From Chiloscyllium plagiosum (lineage: Eukaryota), in assembly GCF_004010195.1 (NCBI RefSeq), contig NC_057749.1:18718487-18781027 (forward strand): 62,541 nt of DNA, read 5' to 3'. Shown here piece after piece: positions 26,801-41,800 of this stretch. Made by a program: the position numbers and the translations under genes. The notes under the pieces were generated by a model. The model worked only from the letters and a program-made list of their open reading frames with translations. It was not told where the DNA came from and did no database searches. Every line of letters starts with the position of its first letter. The stretch's first letter is position 1.

Positions 26801-29800
26801 GAACAGATTTAAATATGCATGGAGTCTTTCCTACCCCCCCCCCCCCAAGTCATCGCAAGAGTGTGCAAGAACCTAGATGAACATTTTACTAGACATTGGA
26901 GTCCTATTGAGTGTGAAGGAACTAAAAGTATGAGAAAAGATTTGAACATATAATGGCTGAAAAGGTTACTGAGGGTCGTCAAGATTGATAGGAGAAACCT
27001 ATTATATTGGTGTGTGACAGTGTAAGAAATCATATCACCCAATGTGGAATCCTTTATTTGAAATAGACAGTTGACTCAACCTATTGCAATCTAGATGAAG
27101 AAATTAATAGCATTGTTGCTAAACTTTCAGATGACGCAAAGATAGTTGGAGAGACAAGTAATGTTGAGGAAACAAGGAGGCTGCAGGAGGACTTGGACAG
27201 GCCAGGAGAGTGGGGAAAGAAGTGGGAGATGAAATACAATGTGGGAAAGTGTGAGGTTATGCACGTGTGTAGGAAAAATGGAGGTATAGACTATTTACAA
27301 AATGGGGAAAGGCTTCGGAAATTTGAGTTCTCGTTCAAATTCTCTTAACGTTAAAATGCAGATTCAGTTGGCAGTTAGGAAGGCAAATGCAGTGTTAGCA
27401 TTCATTTCAAGTGGGCTAGAATACAAGAGCAGAGAGATACTGCTGATGCTGTATAAGGCTCCAGTGAGACGGCATTTGGAATATTGTGAGCAGTTTTAGG
27501 TCCTGTATCTGTGGAAGAATGTGTTGGTCTTGGAGGGGGTCCAGTGGAGGTTCACAAGAATGATCCTGGAGTCGAAGAGCTTGTCATGAGCAATGGTTGA
27601 GGACTCTGGGTCTGTACTTGATGAAGTTTAGTAGGATGAGGCAGGGTCTCAGTGAAATTTGCAGGATACTCAGAGGTCTGAATAGAGTGGTTGTAGAGAA
27701 TATATTTCCACTAGTAGAGAGATTAGGACTCAAGGACGCAGCCTTGGAGTGAAGGGACGACCCTTTAGAACTGAGAGGAATTTATTTAGCCAGAGAAGGC
27801 CATGGAGGTCAAGTCATTAAATATATTTAAGGCAGAGATAGATAGATAGGTTTTTGATTCGAAAGGGGATCAAATGTGTCAGGGAAAAAGCAGGAGAATG
27901 GGTTTGAGAAATATATCAGCTTTGATTGAATGGTGAAACAAATTCAGTGGGCCGAATGGTCTAATTCTGATCCTATGTTTTATGCTCTAATTTGCATGGA
28001 ATCTTTTCACCTTATAAGTGAGTTATATCACCAGAATTTGCTCAACATCCTTCAAGATGCGGCTCTCCAGAGGATGTTTTGAGGTTGGAGAAGGATTTCC
28101 ATGATTATAACATACTCACTTACTCCAGTCAGTTCAGTCAGTGAGTCCTTCAGTGCTCAACAGTTATCCCACTCAGCGTCACCTTTGAAAAAAATCCATG
28201 ATTGAAAAGTCTATTTTGAGTCTATAATGAAAGGACCAGGAAATAAATAAAATTGGCAGTACAGAGAGTATATTCCAGGAGAGCATACAGTGCATAGAGG
28301 TTATGGTCTAGATGGGCTCTGCTTTTCATAGTTGGCCCCTGTTACTATATACGTACATGAAATTGAATTATGGATGAACTATTTCTGTTTCTTGGAAGTT
28401 CCTTAAATAGTGATTTCTCCAAAAATGCTTCTGTTCCATCATATCTCTCCATATTGCAGCATATATATTTTCTCTCTGTATTTTGCTATCACCAAAAGCG
28501 AACAATTAGTTCACTGTCTAAACCATCAAAGTAGTTTAGGGATCTGTAAAAAGAGGTCACATGCCACACTTGCCCCCTTCCATGAGTGCTTAGTCTGTGC
28601 CCCAGGGGTAAAATTGAGCCTTGTTTCCCATAACTGCTTGTGTCAGGGGTCAACTCTTAGTCCAGTCCAACCTTCAGAAACATTAAATTATTTGCCCTCT
28701 TGTGGAGATTGTAAAAGATCCCATTCCACTCCTTGGGGATAATAGCAGGGGAGTTCTCTCCATCAATTAACATCACTTTAAAAATAAGTCTGGTTGCTGT
28801 GGATTGCTGTGCACAAGCTGGCTGCTGTGTTTCCTGCGCAGTAAGTGACTACACATCAAAAATAAGGCACTTAGGGGTATCCTCAGCTGGTAAAGCTTCG
28901 TTAAGATTTGTAGCTCGATTAATGTAATTGAATCCACTCAAACATAGAAGCAGCTGCTCTCCAGCATTGATATCACCGGTGAAGGCCTGGATGGGTCAGA
29001 CTTAGCTTTAAATGTTTCAGGTGAGAGAGAGAGAGGAATGTAAAAGAGGTGGGGAAGTTGCCTTACTGGTAAGGGAGAATATAACAGCTGCACAGAAGGA
29101 GGACACCTTAAAGGGCTCACACAGCAAGGCAATATAGGTAGAGCTCACGAACAGGGAGGGTGAATCACTTTGGGATTGTACTACAGGCCTTCCAATAGCT
29201 TCTGGGTGATAGTGGAGCGGATATATGGGGAGATTGTGGAAAAACATAAAAACAAAAGGATTGCTGTGGTGAGTCCCCTATATTGACTGGACTCGCTTAG
29301 TGCTTGGATTTGAGGGGAGGGAATGTCAGAATTTGTCAGCTGTGTAGGATAGTTTTTCTTGAAACAATATGTAAATAGTCCAATGAGGAAAGGGGCCATA
29401 ATATATCTAGTGTTGGGAAATGAACCAGACCAGGTCATAGAAGTATCAGTGGGGGAGCATTTTCGGAACAATGACCATAATTGTGTAAGTTTTATTATTA
29501 TTGATCAGAATAAGAGTAACCCTCGGATGAAAGTACTAAATAGGGGAAAAGCTAAGTACCACAATATTAAGTCGGAGCTCAGGAATGTAGATTGGGTGGC
29601 TATTCAAAGGTAAGTCTACACCTGTCATGTGGGAGTCTTTTGAAGACCTGTTTAGAGTTCAGGACCAGCATGTTTCTGTGAAAATTAAGGATAAGGACAG
29701 CAAGAATCAGGAGCCTTGGGTGACAAGAAATTCAGAGCTCAGTCAAGAAAAAAGGGCTAAGCAAGGTTTGGAAAACTGAAGACAACAAAGCCCTCTAAGA

Positions 29801-32800
29801 AGCCAAAGACAGCAGGAAAGAACTCACAAGAAATTAAGAGGGCTAAAAGGAGCCATGAAATGTCTTTGGCAAGCACAATTAAGGAAGAACACCCGAGACC
29901 TTTCATGTGAATATAGGGAGCAAGAGGGTAACTAGGGAAAGGATAGCTTCACTCCAGGACAAAAGGAAAGCTGGAGAAAGTGGATGAGATCCTTAGTGAA
30001 TACTTTGCATAGGTATTCACAAAGGAGAAGGACATGGTGGGTGGAGTCTAGAGAGGGGTATGTTGATATTCTAGGGCATGTGAACAAAACAGGAGGTGGC
30101 ATTGGGTGTTTTAAAAGCATTAAGGTAGACAAACCCTCAGTAGTTGATGGGATCGAACCCAAAATGCTAAAGGGACACCTCAAGAGGAAATGGCTGGGGC
30201 CTTGTCTGAAATCTTTGTATCCTCTTCCGTCACAGGAGAGGTCACAGAGGACTGAATAATAGCCAACACTGTTCCTTTGTTTAAGAAGGGTAAAAGGGAT
30301 AATCAGAAAAATTACAGGCCAGAGAGCTTTACATCAGTTGGAGGGAAATTGTTGGAGAAAATTGTTAGAGATACAATTTACTCACATTTTGGAAAATATG
30401 GACTTATCAGTGATAAGCAGCATGGCTTTATGCAGAGGAAATCATATCTGTCAAACTTGATAGAGTTTTTTTAAGGAAGTGACAACGATGGTTGAGGGTA
30501 GGGCAGTAGATGTTGTCTACGTGGACTTCAGCAAGGCCTTTGACATGCTCCCTCATGGCAAACTGATACAGAAAGTGAATTCACATGGGATCTGCAGTGA
30601 GCTACTGAAATTGATGCAGAACTGGCTCCATCGTAGAAGATGGAGAGTAGTGGTGGAAAGGTGTTTTTCTGACTACAGGTCTGTGACCAGTGATCCACAA
30701 GGATTATTGCAGTTGTCTATAATATATAAATGATTCGAAGGAAAATGTAGGTGGCTTGATTTGCTTGGTTTGCAGATAACATAAAGATTTGGGGAGCTGC
30801 AGATAGTGAGGAAAATTGCCAAAGGATACAGCAGGATATAGATAGCTTGGATACTTGAGCAGAGAAGTTGCAAATGGAGTTTAATCTGGACAAATATGAG
30901 ATGAACTGAAATGTTGGAGATCACAGTGGGTTAGGGTGTATCAATCAAGAGAGACCAAGCTAATGTTTCGAGTTGAAATGACTTTTCATCAGTCTGTGAT
31001 CTTTGGCATTTTTTTTTGTTTTCAATTTAGATTCCAGCATCTCCAGTAATTCGCCCTTAAATTTGAGATGATGAATTTTGGAAGATCTAATGCAGGAGGG
31101 AAGTATATAATCAATAGTCAAACTCTTAGTAATTTCAACATGCAGAGGGATCTGGGGTACAGGTACATAGTTCCCTGAAAATGGCAACAACTGTAGATAA
31201 TGTGGTCAAGAAGTCATTTGGCATGGTTTTCTTCATTGGTCAGGGCATGGAATATAACGCTTGGTAATTCATGTTGTAGCTATATAGTACATTAGTTCGG
31301 CCACATTTGGGATATTGTTTTCAGGACTGGTTGCGACACTATCAGAAGGAATGTTGAGGCTTTGGAGAGGATACAAAAATGATTTACGCAGCATGGTTTG
31401 GAGGCTTTTAGCTATGAGGATAGATTAGATTAGACAAACTTGTTTTCATTAAGACACCAAAAGAATGGGGGGGGGCTGAGTTAAAAGAAGTTTACAGAAT
31501 TATGAGAGGTATGGACAGTATGGTTAGTCAGAACCTTTTTTTTTCTGAAGGTTCAGTTACTAGGGGACATAGACTTGAGGTAAAAGGGGTAAAGTTTAAA
31601 GGAGATGTGAGAGGCAGGATATTTTTAAGAGAGTGGTAATTGCCTGGAGTGTGCTGCCAGAGGAGGTGTTGGGGCTGGATACAACAGCAATGTTGAAGTG
31701 ACATCTTGACAGATATATGAATAGGTAGGAAACAGAGGGATACAGACCACGTAGAAACACAATTTTTTTTTTTGTTTAGAAAGTCGTCATGTGTCAGTGC
31801 AGTCTTGGTGGGCCAAAGGACCTATTGCTGTGCTGTACTGTTCTTTGTTGTTCATTTAGCTATGCAAAGGGGTTGATTAACTAAACATAGTTTCTGCTGT
31901 GTTCAGGATTTTTTTTAAGCAAGCTAATTGTAGGGTCATAGAGTACTATAGCATGGAAAGACACCATTCAGTCCAACTCATCGTATTAACCACACATCCC
32001 GTTTGCCAACATTTGGCCCACTTCCCTCCTAAACCTTTCTTATTCATCTGTCCATGCAAATGCCTTTTAAATGTTATAATTGTACCCGCCTCCACCACTT
32101 CCTCTGGCAGCTTGTTCAATACGCACACCACCCCTCTACTTGAAAAGGTTTCCTCAGGTCCTTTTTTTTTTTTAAATCTTTCCCCTATCACCTTAAACCT
32201 ATGCCCCCTTGTTTTGGACCCCCCCTCTCCCCCTCCCCAGGAAAAAGACCTTGGCTATTCACACTATCTATGTCCCTCATGATTTTGTAAACCTCTCAGA
32301 GGTCACCCCACAGCCTCTGACAGTGCAGGGGGAAAAGCCTCAACTTATTCAGTCTCTCCCAATAACCCAAGCCCTCCAGTCCTGGCAACATACTTGTAAA
32401 TCTTTTCTATACCCTCTTAGGTTTAATAACATCAGGAGCATACCTGAAGATGGGCTTATGCCCGAAATGTCAACTGTCCTCCTCTCTTGCTGCCAGACTT
32501 GCTGTGTTTTTCTTTTTGCAGCACCACCCTTTTTGACTCTTATTTTGTGATTAGTCAGGTTTGGGAGCAGTCCATCATTTGGTTAGCATAGAGGACAATG
32601 CCAGATTCACTTTGCCAGTGGTCTACTGCACTGAGGAAGGCGTGTGCATCGATTGGTCTCTTCCAAGAATTAAACCCTGGCTTAAAACACACAACATTTG
32701 ATGAATTGGCAAGTTCCCTGTGTGCAGGAGCTGTGCTCTCTTTTAGGTTTAGTGTATGTGATCTTGGTCCAATTACAAAAGCTTTTTAATATTGCTTTAA

Positions 32801-35800
32801 AATTTATTGTTTTTTCCAGTAAGGGAAATTGGGAGAGGATCTAAAATGGAAAGTATCTTAACAAATCTTTTGCTTTAATGTGCATACACCTAGAATTTTT
32901 CTTTTAATTAGTTTCTTGAAGATGGGCATTGTTGGCAAAGTCTAGCATCTCCAATTATCCTTGAACAGGGTGAGCTTCTGCCTTGAGCTGTGTAGACCAT
33001 GTTGTGAAGAACCACTGACCTTGCTGTTCAGGAGGGTGTTCCAAATCTTTGACCAAATGGAAACAAAAGAATGGCATGTTGTTCCACGTCAGGTTGACTT
33101 GGCGTTGTTTGTGTTTACATGCAGCTGCTGCCTTATTTCAACTCAGCAAGCGGTCACTAAATTTCAAGTTGCACTCAAAGAATATGAGTAGGTGAGCAAA
33201 GTTTATCATTTTGTTCTATTTGTGCTCAGCAGTTTGTAATGTCACTCCAGGATAGATGCCCACATGTGCTCCAGTTCGTCAATACTATTGCTTTGTATTG
33301 TACGCCTGCACCAGTCACCTAAATGCACAGACATAGTTAATAATGTGTGCTGCCAGTATGCAACGCTGTGTTATAGGGGTAAACATAGCCTTTTCTGTGA
33401 ACCTGCCAACTTTTGCGAATGTTGAAACATAAAAGAAAAACATTACCCGTAAATGATCTGAATGGAAGGTCACCAATTGAACCTTTTCCTGCGTCGAGTT
33501 CCAGTATTTGGCACAGACGTTTCACTGAAAAGGGAAGTAGCACTTGACCTATTACTCCTGGTTTTTGGTCTTTCAAGGAATTGAGTGATGTGGGAAGCAG
33601 GTTGTGAGTGACGCAGAAGATCAGCCATATTGTACTGAATGAGGTAAAAACACATTCCACCCTGACCTTAAATTTACCTGGACAATCTCTGACACCTCCC
33701 TCCCCTCCCTGGACCTCTCCATCTCCATTAATGACGACCGACTTGACACTGACATTTTTATAAACCCACCGACTCCCACAGCTACCTGGATTACACCTCT
33801 TCCCACCCTACCTCTTGCAAAAATGCCATCCCGTATTCCCAATTCCTCCACCTCCGCCGGATCTGCTCCCAGGAGGACCAGTTCCACCACAGAACACACC
33901 AGATGGCCTCCTTCTTTAAAGACCGCAATTTCCCTTCCCACGTGGTCAAAGATGCCCTCCAACGCATCTCGTCCACATCCCGCACCTCCGCCCTCAGACC
34001 CAACCCCTCCAACCGCAACAAGGACAGAACGCCCCTGGTGCACACCTTCCACCCTACCAACCTTCGCATAAACCAAATCATCCGCCGACATTTCCGCCAC
34101 CTCCAAACAGACCCCACCACCAGGGATATATTTCCCTCCCCACACCTTTCCGCCTTCCGCAAAGACCGTTCCCTCCGTGACCACCTGGTCAGGTCCACGC
34201 CACCCTACGACCCACCCTCCCATCCTGCCACTTTCCCCTGCCACCGCAGGAACTGTAAAACCTGCGCCCACACCTCCTCCCTCACCTCCATCCAAGGCCC
34301 CAAAGGAGCTTTCCACATCCATCAAAGTTTTACCTGCACATCCACTAATATCATCTATTGTATCCGTTGCTCCCGATGCGGCCTCCTCTACATTGGGGAG
34401 ACTGGGCGTGCGTGCAGGTGTGCGTGGATATAAGTGTGTGTGTGCGTGCGGGTGCGCGTGCATATATGTGTGTGTGCGCGTGTGTGTGACTCTGTGAGTG
34501 TGAGTGTGCTCCCCCACTCACCCATTGTACTCTATGCTACTTTCTCCCCACCCCCACCTTCCTCTAGCTTATCTCTCCAAGCTTCAGGCTCACTGCCTTT
34601 ATTCCTGATGAAGGGCTTTTGCCCGAAACGTCGATTTCGCTGCTCGTTGGATGCTGCCTGAACTGCTGTGCTCTTCCAGCACCACTAATCCAGAATATTG
34701 TATTGAATGACAGATCTGCCCTGAAGGGCCAAATGGAAATGTTTTCTCATATATAATTGTGTCCATATGACTACAGTAACTCCGTATGATGAGTGGATTT
34801 TAGACTTTCATGCCTCTTATGTGGGCTATCTGTGCTGTTTGCAACTGGTTGGTTGACTTCAACTAGGCCTGGATTTTGATGCATATAAACGGGGCCTTGA
34901 TTTAGCAGTTATTTTCATCCCCAACATTACCAGTTGCAGTATGGCACATGTACTTGGCTTGAGATAATTCTTAGCACCAAAGTCTTTTATCCTTGTGTAG
35001 AGACACAGCCTCCAATTGCTGCACCCTCTGCAGCGTGTGGATTGCCTGAGATTGCACATCTGATAAATGGGAGATTCTGGGTTCAGGCTTATTCTTGATA
35101 TAACTTGATTGATGAAGGAAAGAGGTTGCATTATTGTAACACCTTACAAAACCTCAGTGCTTTACAAGCAACTGTTTCTTGAAGTGGGACGTGTTCTGCA
35201 TGTGACACGAGAGTAGATTTGTACTCAGAATGGTCTCACAATCAGCAGTATGACAATGGCCAGATTATCCATTTTCATGAAGTTTATTGAGGGATAAATA
35301 TCAGGAGAATACAGAGAAGAACCTGATGAAGGGCTTTTGCCCGAAACGTCGATTTTCCTGCTCCTCAGATGCTGCCTGACCTGCTGTGCTTTTCTAGCAC
35401 CACTCTAATCTCCAGCATCTGCAGTACCCACTTCCACCGAAAAGAACCTCCCTTAAATAGTGCTATGGGATCTTATACCTTCATCTGAGAAGAGAGTTGG
35501 AAAGACCGTACCTCCTACAAGGTAGCCCTTCCTCAGTATTACACTCGAGGCAGTGTTTTGTACTTATGTCTCTAGAATGGACTTTCAAACCACAAGCTTC
35601 TGATGTGAGAGTGCATAGCTGACTCACTGAAAGATAAGTTTGTGATTCTTGAGCAGGAGACACACTTGTAATAATTGGCCTGTATGAAAAATGTGCAGGC
35701 TATATATTTTTATTTTTCTGTATCTTTAATCGTGGACTGAAGTTGGAGAACAGGACTATTGTAAAAGTAAGGAAGGAATTGTTTGGGTTCTATTTATTTG

Positions 35801-38800
35801 TTGTAAATAGTAGGTTTGCTAAGTGAGAAACCTGGTCCATGTTTTCTGTTAGCTTGAGTCTATTTAGCAAGTAAATTGGGGATTTTTGTACTTTAATAAC
35901 AAATTTTAATTTTTGTGATGACTCCGAGTTTAGTGCACTATCCCAATGAGGTGTAACAGAAGGTCTGAGGAGGGGTCACTAGACCTGAAAAGCTAACTCT
36001 GATCTTCTCTCCACAGACCTGCTGAGCTTTTCCAGCAATTTCTATTTTTGTAACAGAAGTAAAATGTTTTCTCATTTAATTGGAGAAATAAACAATACAC
36101 AGGATTCCACAAAGACCAAAAGATTTTTAAGACTTCTGTATAATCATTTTCTATTAACATCCACACAGCCAGTTGGTGACTAGTAGTACTGTAGCAAATC
36201 TTTATTTGGTTTTACACTTGTTACAAGCACATACAAGCTTAACTCAGTTTCAGTCAGTACCTATTTATACTGCTTTGAGTGACCAATTAAACCAAATAAG
36301 TGTTAGTGTCTTAACGGGGCACTCTAACAAAAATCAAATGTTCAAATGAAACATGAAATATTTAAATTGGGTGTTGTTGTAGGGCGCGATGATGCACCCC
36401 AGCCCTGTGACACTCCAGTTGTGGAAGACCCAAAGTATATTGGTGGATTGCATGTTTCTTCTCTCGAGAGACTAGAGTGCAGGCCTCCATCTGTGAGGAG
36501 GACCTCTGATCTGCTTGCACTGGGTTAATTGTATCTGTGTAAATTTATCTGGGTAACCTGTTTTGGAAATGATTTGGAAACCTGTTGGACTATAACCTGG
36601 TGTTTTGTGATTTTTAACCCTGTTTTGGAAAAGTCTTGACACATCGTCAGGGCAAGTGGGACTTGAACCCAGACATTCTGGCCTCGGGAAAAGGATACCA
36701 TCACTGCACCACAAGAGTCCTACTATGTCTGGGTGTTCAAGTGAAACCCCAGGTAATGCTTGTACACCACCTATATACTATTAAACACAATTAATACACA
36801 ACTTACGTTTTCCAAGGAGAGCATAGATGTGGAATGCTCGTCTTTGAATTGGTTTTCTCCTAGAACAAGTCCTAATGAGCTTTTAAATGACAACAGAATG
36901 TACTGCAAACACTTTCCAGGCAGTATCTGTGGAGAGACTCATCTGTTTTGAGCCAAATATTACTTCTTTGGAATTATACAACTCAAAACAATAACTTTGT
37001 TTCTTGTTTCACAAATGCTGAGTTTTTCGGGTGTTTTCAGGTTTTTGAAATTTCAGATTCCCAACATCTGCAGTATTTTGCTTACAATTCAGTAACTATA
37101 TTAATTCTCTTTATTGCTTTAAGCATTCATATTGCGCATGTGGAATATCTTAAGTATACCAGTGCAGTGTAAGGAATTTGATACTTCCTGAGCAACTTTA
37201 CAAAGAAGTTGTCTGTAATTGGCTGTGCCTCTGTTTCTTGCAGTTGATGCTTTCTGAGTGGCTGGTGGATGTACCCAGTGACCTGATTGAAGAATGGCTG
37301 CTGGTGGTCTGTCCTGTTGGCAAGCGGACTCTCATCATAGCTTCCAGAGTAAGTACAGAATGCCTGAAATCCCTTCTGCCCTGCACAATTGGTCAAGCCT
37401 TGTGGCTGCCAGATGTGAATTCACACAATGTGCTCCCTTTAAGAGTGTTGCAGTATTAATGTAGGATACAATGGTGCAAAACTGTCAGAGACTAGCAGTC
37501 ACAATCCACTATTCAGCACCAACATTTGAGCAGCTTCACCTGCATGTACTGCCAGATTGGAAAAAAAACTGGGAATTGTTTGATTTTTGGGGTCAGAAAA
37601 GGGAAAGTCCTGGCATGGAAGTCAGGAGAGAGAATTTCATACTGATGTAAGACAGCGGTACATAATGGATAGGCCAGCAAGAGATTGTTGATGACCTCAA
37701 AGAATCTGAAAAGATGGAGCTGTGATTCATGTTATAAAAATGTGGAAACTACTCGTGTATAAACAAGCTATAGATTAAGAAGAATGATGCGCAAGAATTA
37801 ATTTTAAAAATTAATGTGTGCGCGATGTTTCTGGGGAGAAGTCAATGTCACATATTAAGCATTTAAAACGTTGCATCTATTAATTGGTCATCATTGACGT
37901 ATATCAATCCTGACTTTTGTCAGAGCTGCTTTATTAGAAACCAGGCAATGAATGCCTGCCAGGGTGGTGTGAAAGAATCCTGTGGAGTGAACAGGGGGAA
38001 AGGAATAAACTGAAGGAGGCACAGAGCACCCCCTAAAACCAAAAGAAAGGAAGAAAATATATTGTACGCTATTGTAGACAATGTAGATTATCACACAAAA
38101 TTATAAAAGGTTGTGAATGGGCAATAGCAGATGCATTTCAATGTAAACAATTGAGGTTATCTAATTTAGTCCAAACCAGGGTAAATCAGGTACTTTCTAG
38201 ACAGTATGACGTTAAATACAGTGGCTATCCAAACCATTTTGGGGTCCAGTTGCTTTGGTCTTTAAAATGCCACAGATGGGTGCGGCAAATAATTTAGGAA
38301 GACCATGGAATGCTGGCTTTTATATCGAGAGGATTGGAGTACAAAGATGCAAAAGTCATGATGAAGTTGTAGATTCCATTTGGAGTGCTACTAGCATATC
38401 TGAGCATCACACTCCAGGAAGGATATATTGGCCTTGGAGGGGCTACAATATAGTTCTACAAGCATGAAATCTGGATTTCAGGGGTAAATTATGAAGAGAT
38501 GTTATACAAATTAGGCCTGTTTTCTCTAGAAGATTAAGGGGTGGTCTGATTTGAAGTTTTCAAGATCATAACAGGAAACAACAGGGTAAAAAAATATAAA
38601 CTATTTCCACTGTTTGGGGAATTCTAGAATTAGGGGGCATAGTCTAAACATTAGGACCAGACCATTCAAGAGTGATGTTACAAAGCACTTCTGCATACAA
38701 AAGGGTTGTCGATGTTTGGAATTCTCTTCCACAAATGGCAGTTAATTGTAAAACTGAGGTAAATAATTTTTTTTAAGTGAAGATACTAAGGGAAATAGGC

Positions 38801-41800
38801 CAAAGGCGGGTATATGGAGTTAGGCCACAGATTGCACCATGTGGCACATTGATACGCGGAGGGAGGGGTCTTATAAACAGAAGACACAACAGAATAGTGG
38901 GAAAGTGAATATGAAGCCAAGACTCTGATTTGATTCACTAATAGTTTCTGTTGGATTCCCTTTGGTCAGGGGAGCACAGCAGCATATACGAGAAGTGGTT
39001 TCTGCGTAAACAGGTTTCCCTCACTCCTCCCTGGTGGAAATCGGCACAACTCTGCTACAGGCAAAGGTAAACACCAGATTTTTAAAATTTGTTACTTTGC
39101 AGGATATGGACTCCGCTAACTGGGTCGGCATTTACTTATCTACTCATTGGAATTTCGAAGAAAGAGAGGCGATCTGAATGAAGCATGCAGGATTCTTCAG
39201 GGGCTTGACAGGATAAAGGCTGAGAGGATGTTTCTCTTCTTGGGAGAGTGTAGGACCAGAGGACATAAATTAACATCCCTTTATTTGGAATCTAAGACTG
39301 AGATCAAGAAGAATTTCTTCTCTCTGAACTCCTTATCACAGAGACCTGTGAGGGTAGAGTCCTTGTGTCTATTTAAGGTTGAGATAGGTTCTTGATCATT
39401 TGGGGAATCAAGAGTTATAGGGAGTGGTCAGAAAGGTATGCGTGAGGAATGTCCGAGCAGCCATGATCCTGTTGAATGGCAGAGCAGGCTAGAGGGGTCG
39501 AACAGCCTACTCCTGTGCTTATTTCTTATGTCCTGTCCCTAATCACCATTGAGAAGGTGGAGTTGATCTGGTACCTTGGACTGCTGTGGTCCACTTGGTC
39601 GAGGTAGACCCATAAGGCTGATGGGATGTAGGGGGGTGGGGAATTGTTCTGGGATTTAGAGTCAGGATGGTTAGTGACTTGGCAACCCTTTTGCTCCTAA
39701 ATAGTAGAGGTTGAGCATTTGGAATGAGCTGATGAATAAGCTTTAGTGAGTTGCTTTAATAAATTATAGTTTTTAATGAGTTTGCTCAATTTGAACAGAA
39801 AGATCTGCCCTCATGCTGTTTCATGACCCACGAGAGACAAAATAGAACACAGGATTAGAATTGCATGGTGTTGGAAGGGAGTCATTCAGCTTTCTGTGCC
39901 TATGTTGGCTCTCTGAAAAATTCCTTCCTCCCACCCTTTCCCACTGCACTTCAAATTAGTGTTTTTTTGCGTTCCAAATATTTAACCAACTTCCTTTTTA
40001 AAAAGGTTCCATGGATTCTGGTTCCACTGCTGTTTCTGATCAGGAATTCTATATTCTAACAAATTCTGCAATGAAACCTGCCTGACTTCTAATATAAGAA
40101 CATAAACTATCGACCAGTGGAAATAATTCTTTCATATTTCCGAACATGGAACAGTCCAGCACAGGGAAAGGCCCTTTGGCCCACCATATGTGTACCAACC
40201 ATGATACCATTTTGAACTAATCCCATCTGCCTGCACATGGTCTGTATCCCTCTGTTCCCTACCTGTTCATGTCTGTCTACGAGCCTCTTAAACCTTGCTG
40301 ACATATCTGCTTCAACCATCTCCCCTGGTAGTATGTTCTAGCCACCTACCACCCTCAACTTAAAAAAACTTTCCATACACATCTCCTCCTTTTAAGGTCT
40401 CGCCTTAAACCTAGTATTTGATATTTGCACCCTAAAAAAGACTCTGATTATCCATCCTAACTGTGCTGTCATAATTTCATGTACTTCTATGATCTACACC
40501 TCTGCCACCACCTCTAGTGAAAACAGTCCAAGTTTATTCAATCTCACCTGATAGCTAATACACTCCAATCCAGGGCAACAATCTCTTTTGCACCCTCTCA
40601 AAAATCTCCACATCCCTCCCTATAGTGTTGCAACTAGAACTGCAAAAAAACCTCCAAATGTGGCTTAACTGAAATCTTACACAACTGCAACATGACATAT
40701 CCAGTGCCCTGACCAATAAAGGCATGCCATAAGCCGCCTTTACCGCCTTATCCACTTGTGTTGCCACTTTCAGGGAGCTATAGACTTACACCCCAAGATC
40801 CCTCTGCGTATCAATGCTCCTAAGGGTCCTACTATTTACTGCATACTTCCTCTTGCATTTGACCTCCCAAAATGCATCACCTTACATTTGTCTGGATTAA
40901 ATTTCATCTGTTGTTTCCTATCTAAGTTTCCAACTAATCTATATCCTGCTGTATCCTTTGATAAGCTTCCTCAGTGTCCACAATTCCACCAACTTTTTGT
41001 GTCATCTGTGAAACTTCTTAACATTTAAGAGGTCCCAGCACTGATCCTTGCAGAACACCACTATCAACAGACCTCATCAGAAAAGCACCTCTCCACGACT
41101 ATCCTCTATCTTCTCTGAGAAAGCCAATTTTGTATCCAACTTGCCAACTCACCATGAATTCCATGCAACTTAATCTGCTAGACCAGTGTACCATGAGGGG
41201 CCTTGTCAAATGCTTTAGTAAACTCCATGTAGACAGCATCCACTGTCCTGACGTCCGTCATCTTCACTTTTTCAAAAAAGTTTGTGAGACAAGACATCCC
41301 TTGCATAACGCCATACTGACTATTCCTAGTAAGTCCATACTTTTCCAAATGCAAGTAAATCCTGTTCCTAAGAATCTTTTCCAGTAATGTTCCTACCACT
41401 AATGTAAGGGTCAATAAAACTCCACAAAATTTTGCACATAGTTCCCAATGTGTACTATGGCCAAGTTTCATGTTGATGAGATTTGCCCATTATCAGCGGT
41501 AAGCAGTAAACATTTAAAAATTGGACAATCTCCAGTTAGCTGCTTTTCCTGCTAGTTAGCAGCAGCTGTATCTGCTTCTCAGCACAGAGGTGATCAAAGT
41601 TTAACAAGGTGCTGACAGCTGATTGCAACTGCAGCATGAAATCCAAGTGCCTAAAGTCAGCAGAGTTTTGTCTGGAGCTGAGAACAGAGCAAGAACTTAG
41701 TGAACTGTTTGAGTACTAGAGAAGTGGTGCCTTTGGAACTGACTCCTGTATTGGGGGTGAATATGTAGTACAGGCGCTGCTTATGATAACTGTTAACAAC

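Noticed and set aside
33621..34517. 298-aa minus-strand ORF
   Set aside because: Antisense shadow of the C-rich Penelope ORF plus microsatellite.
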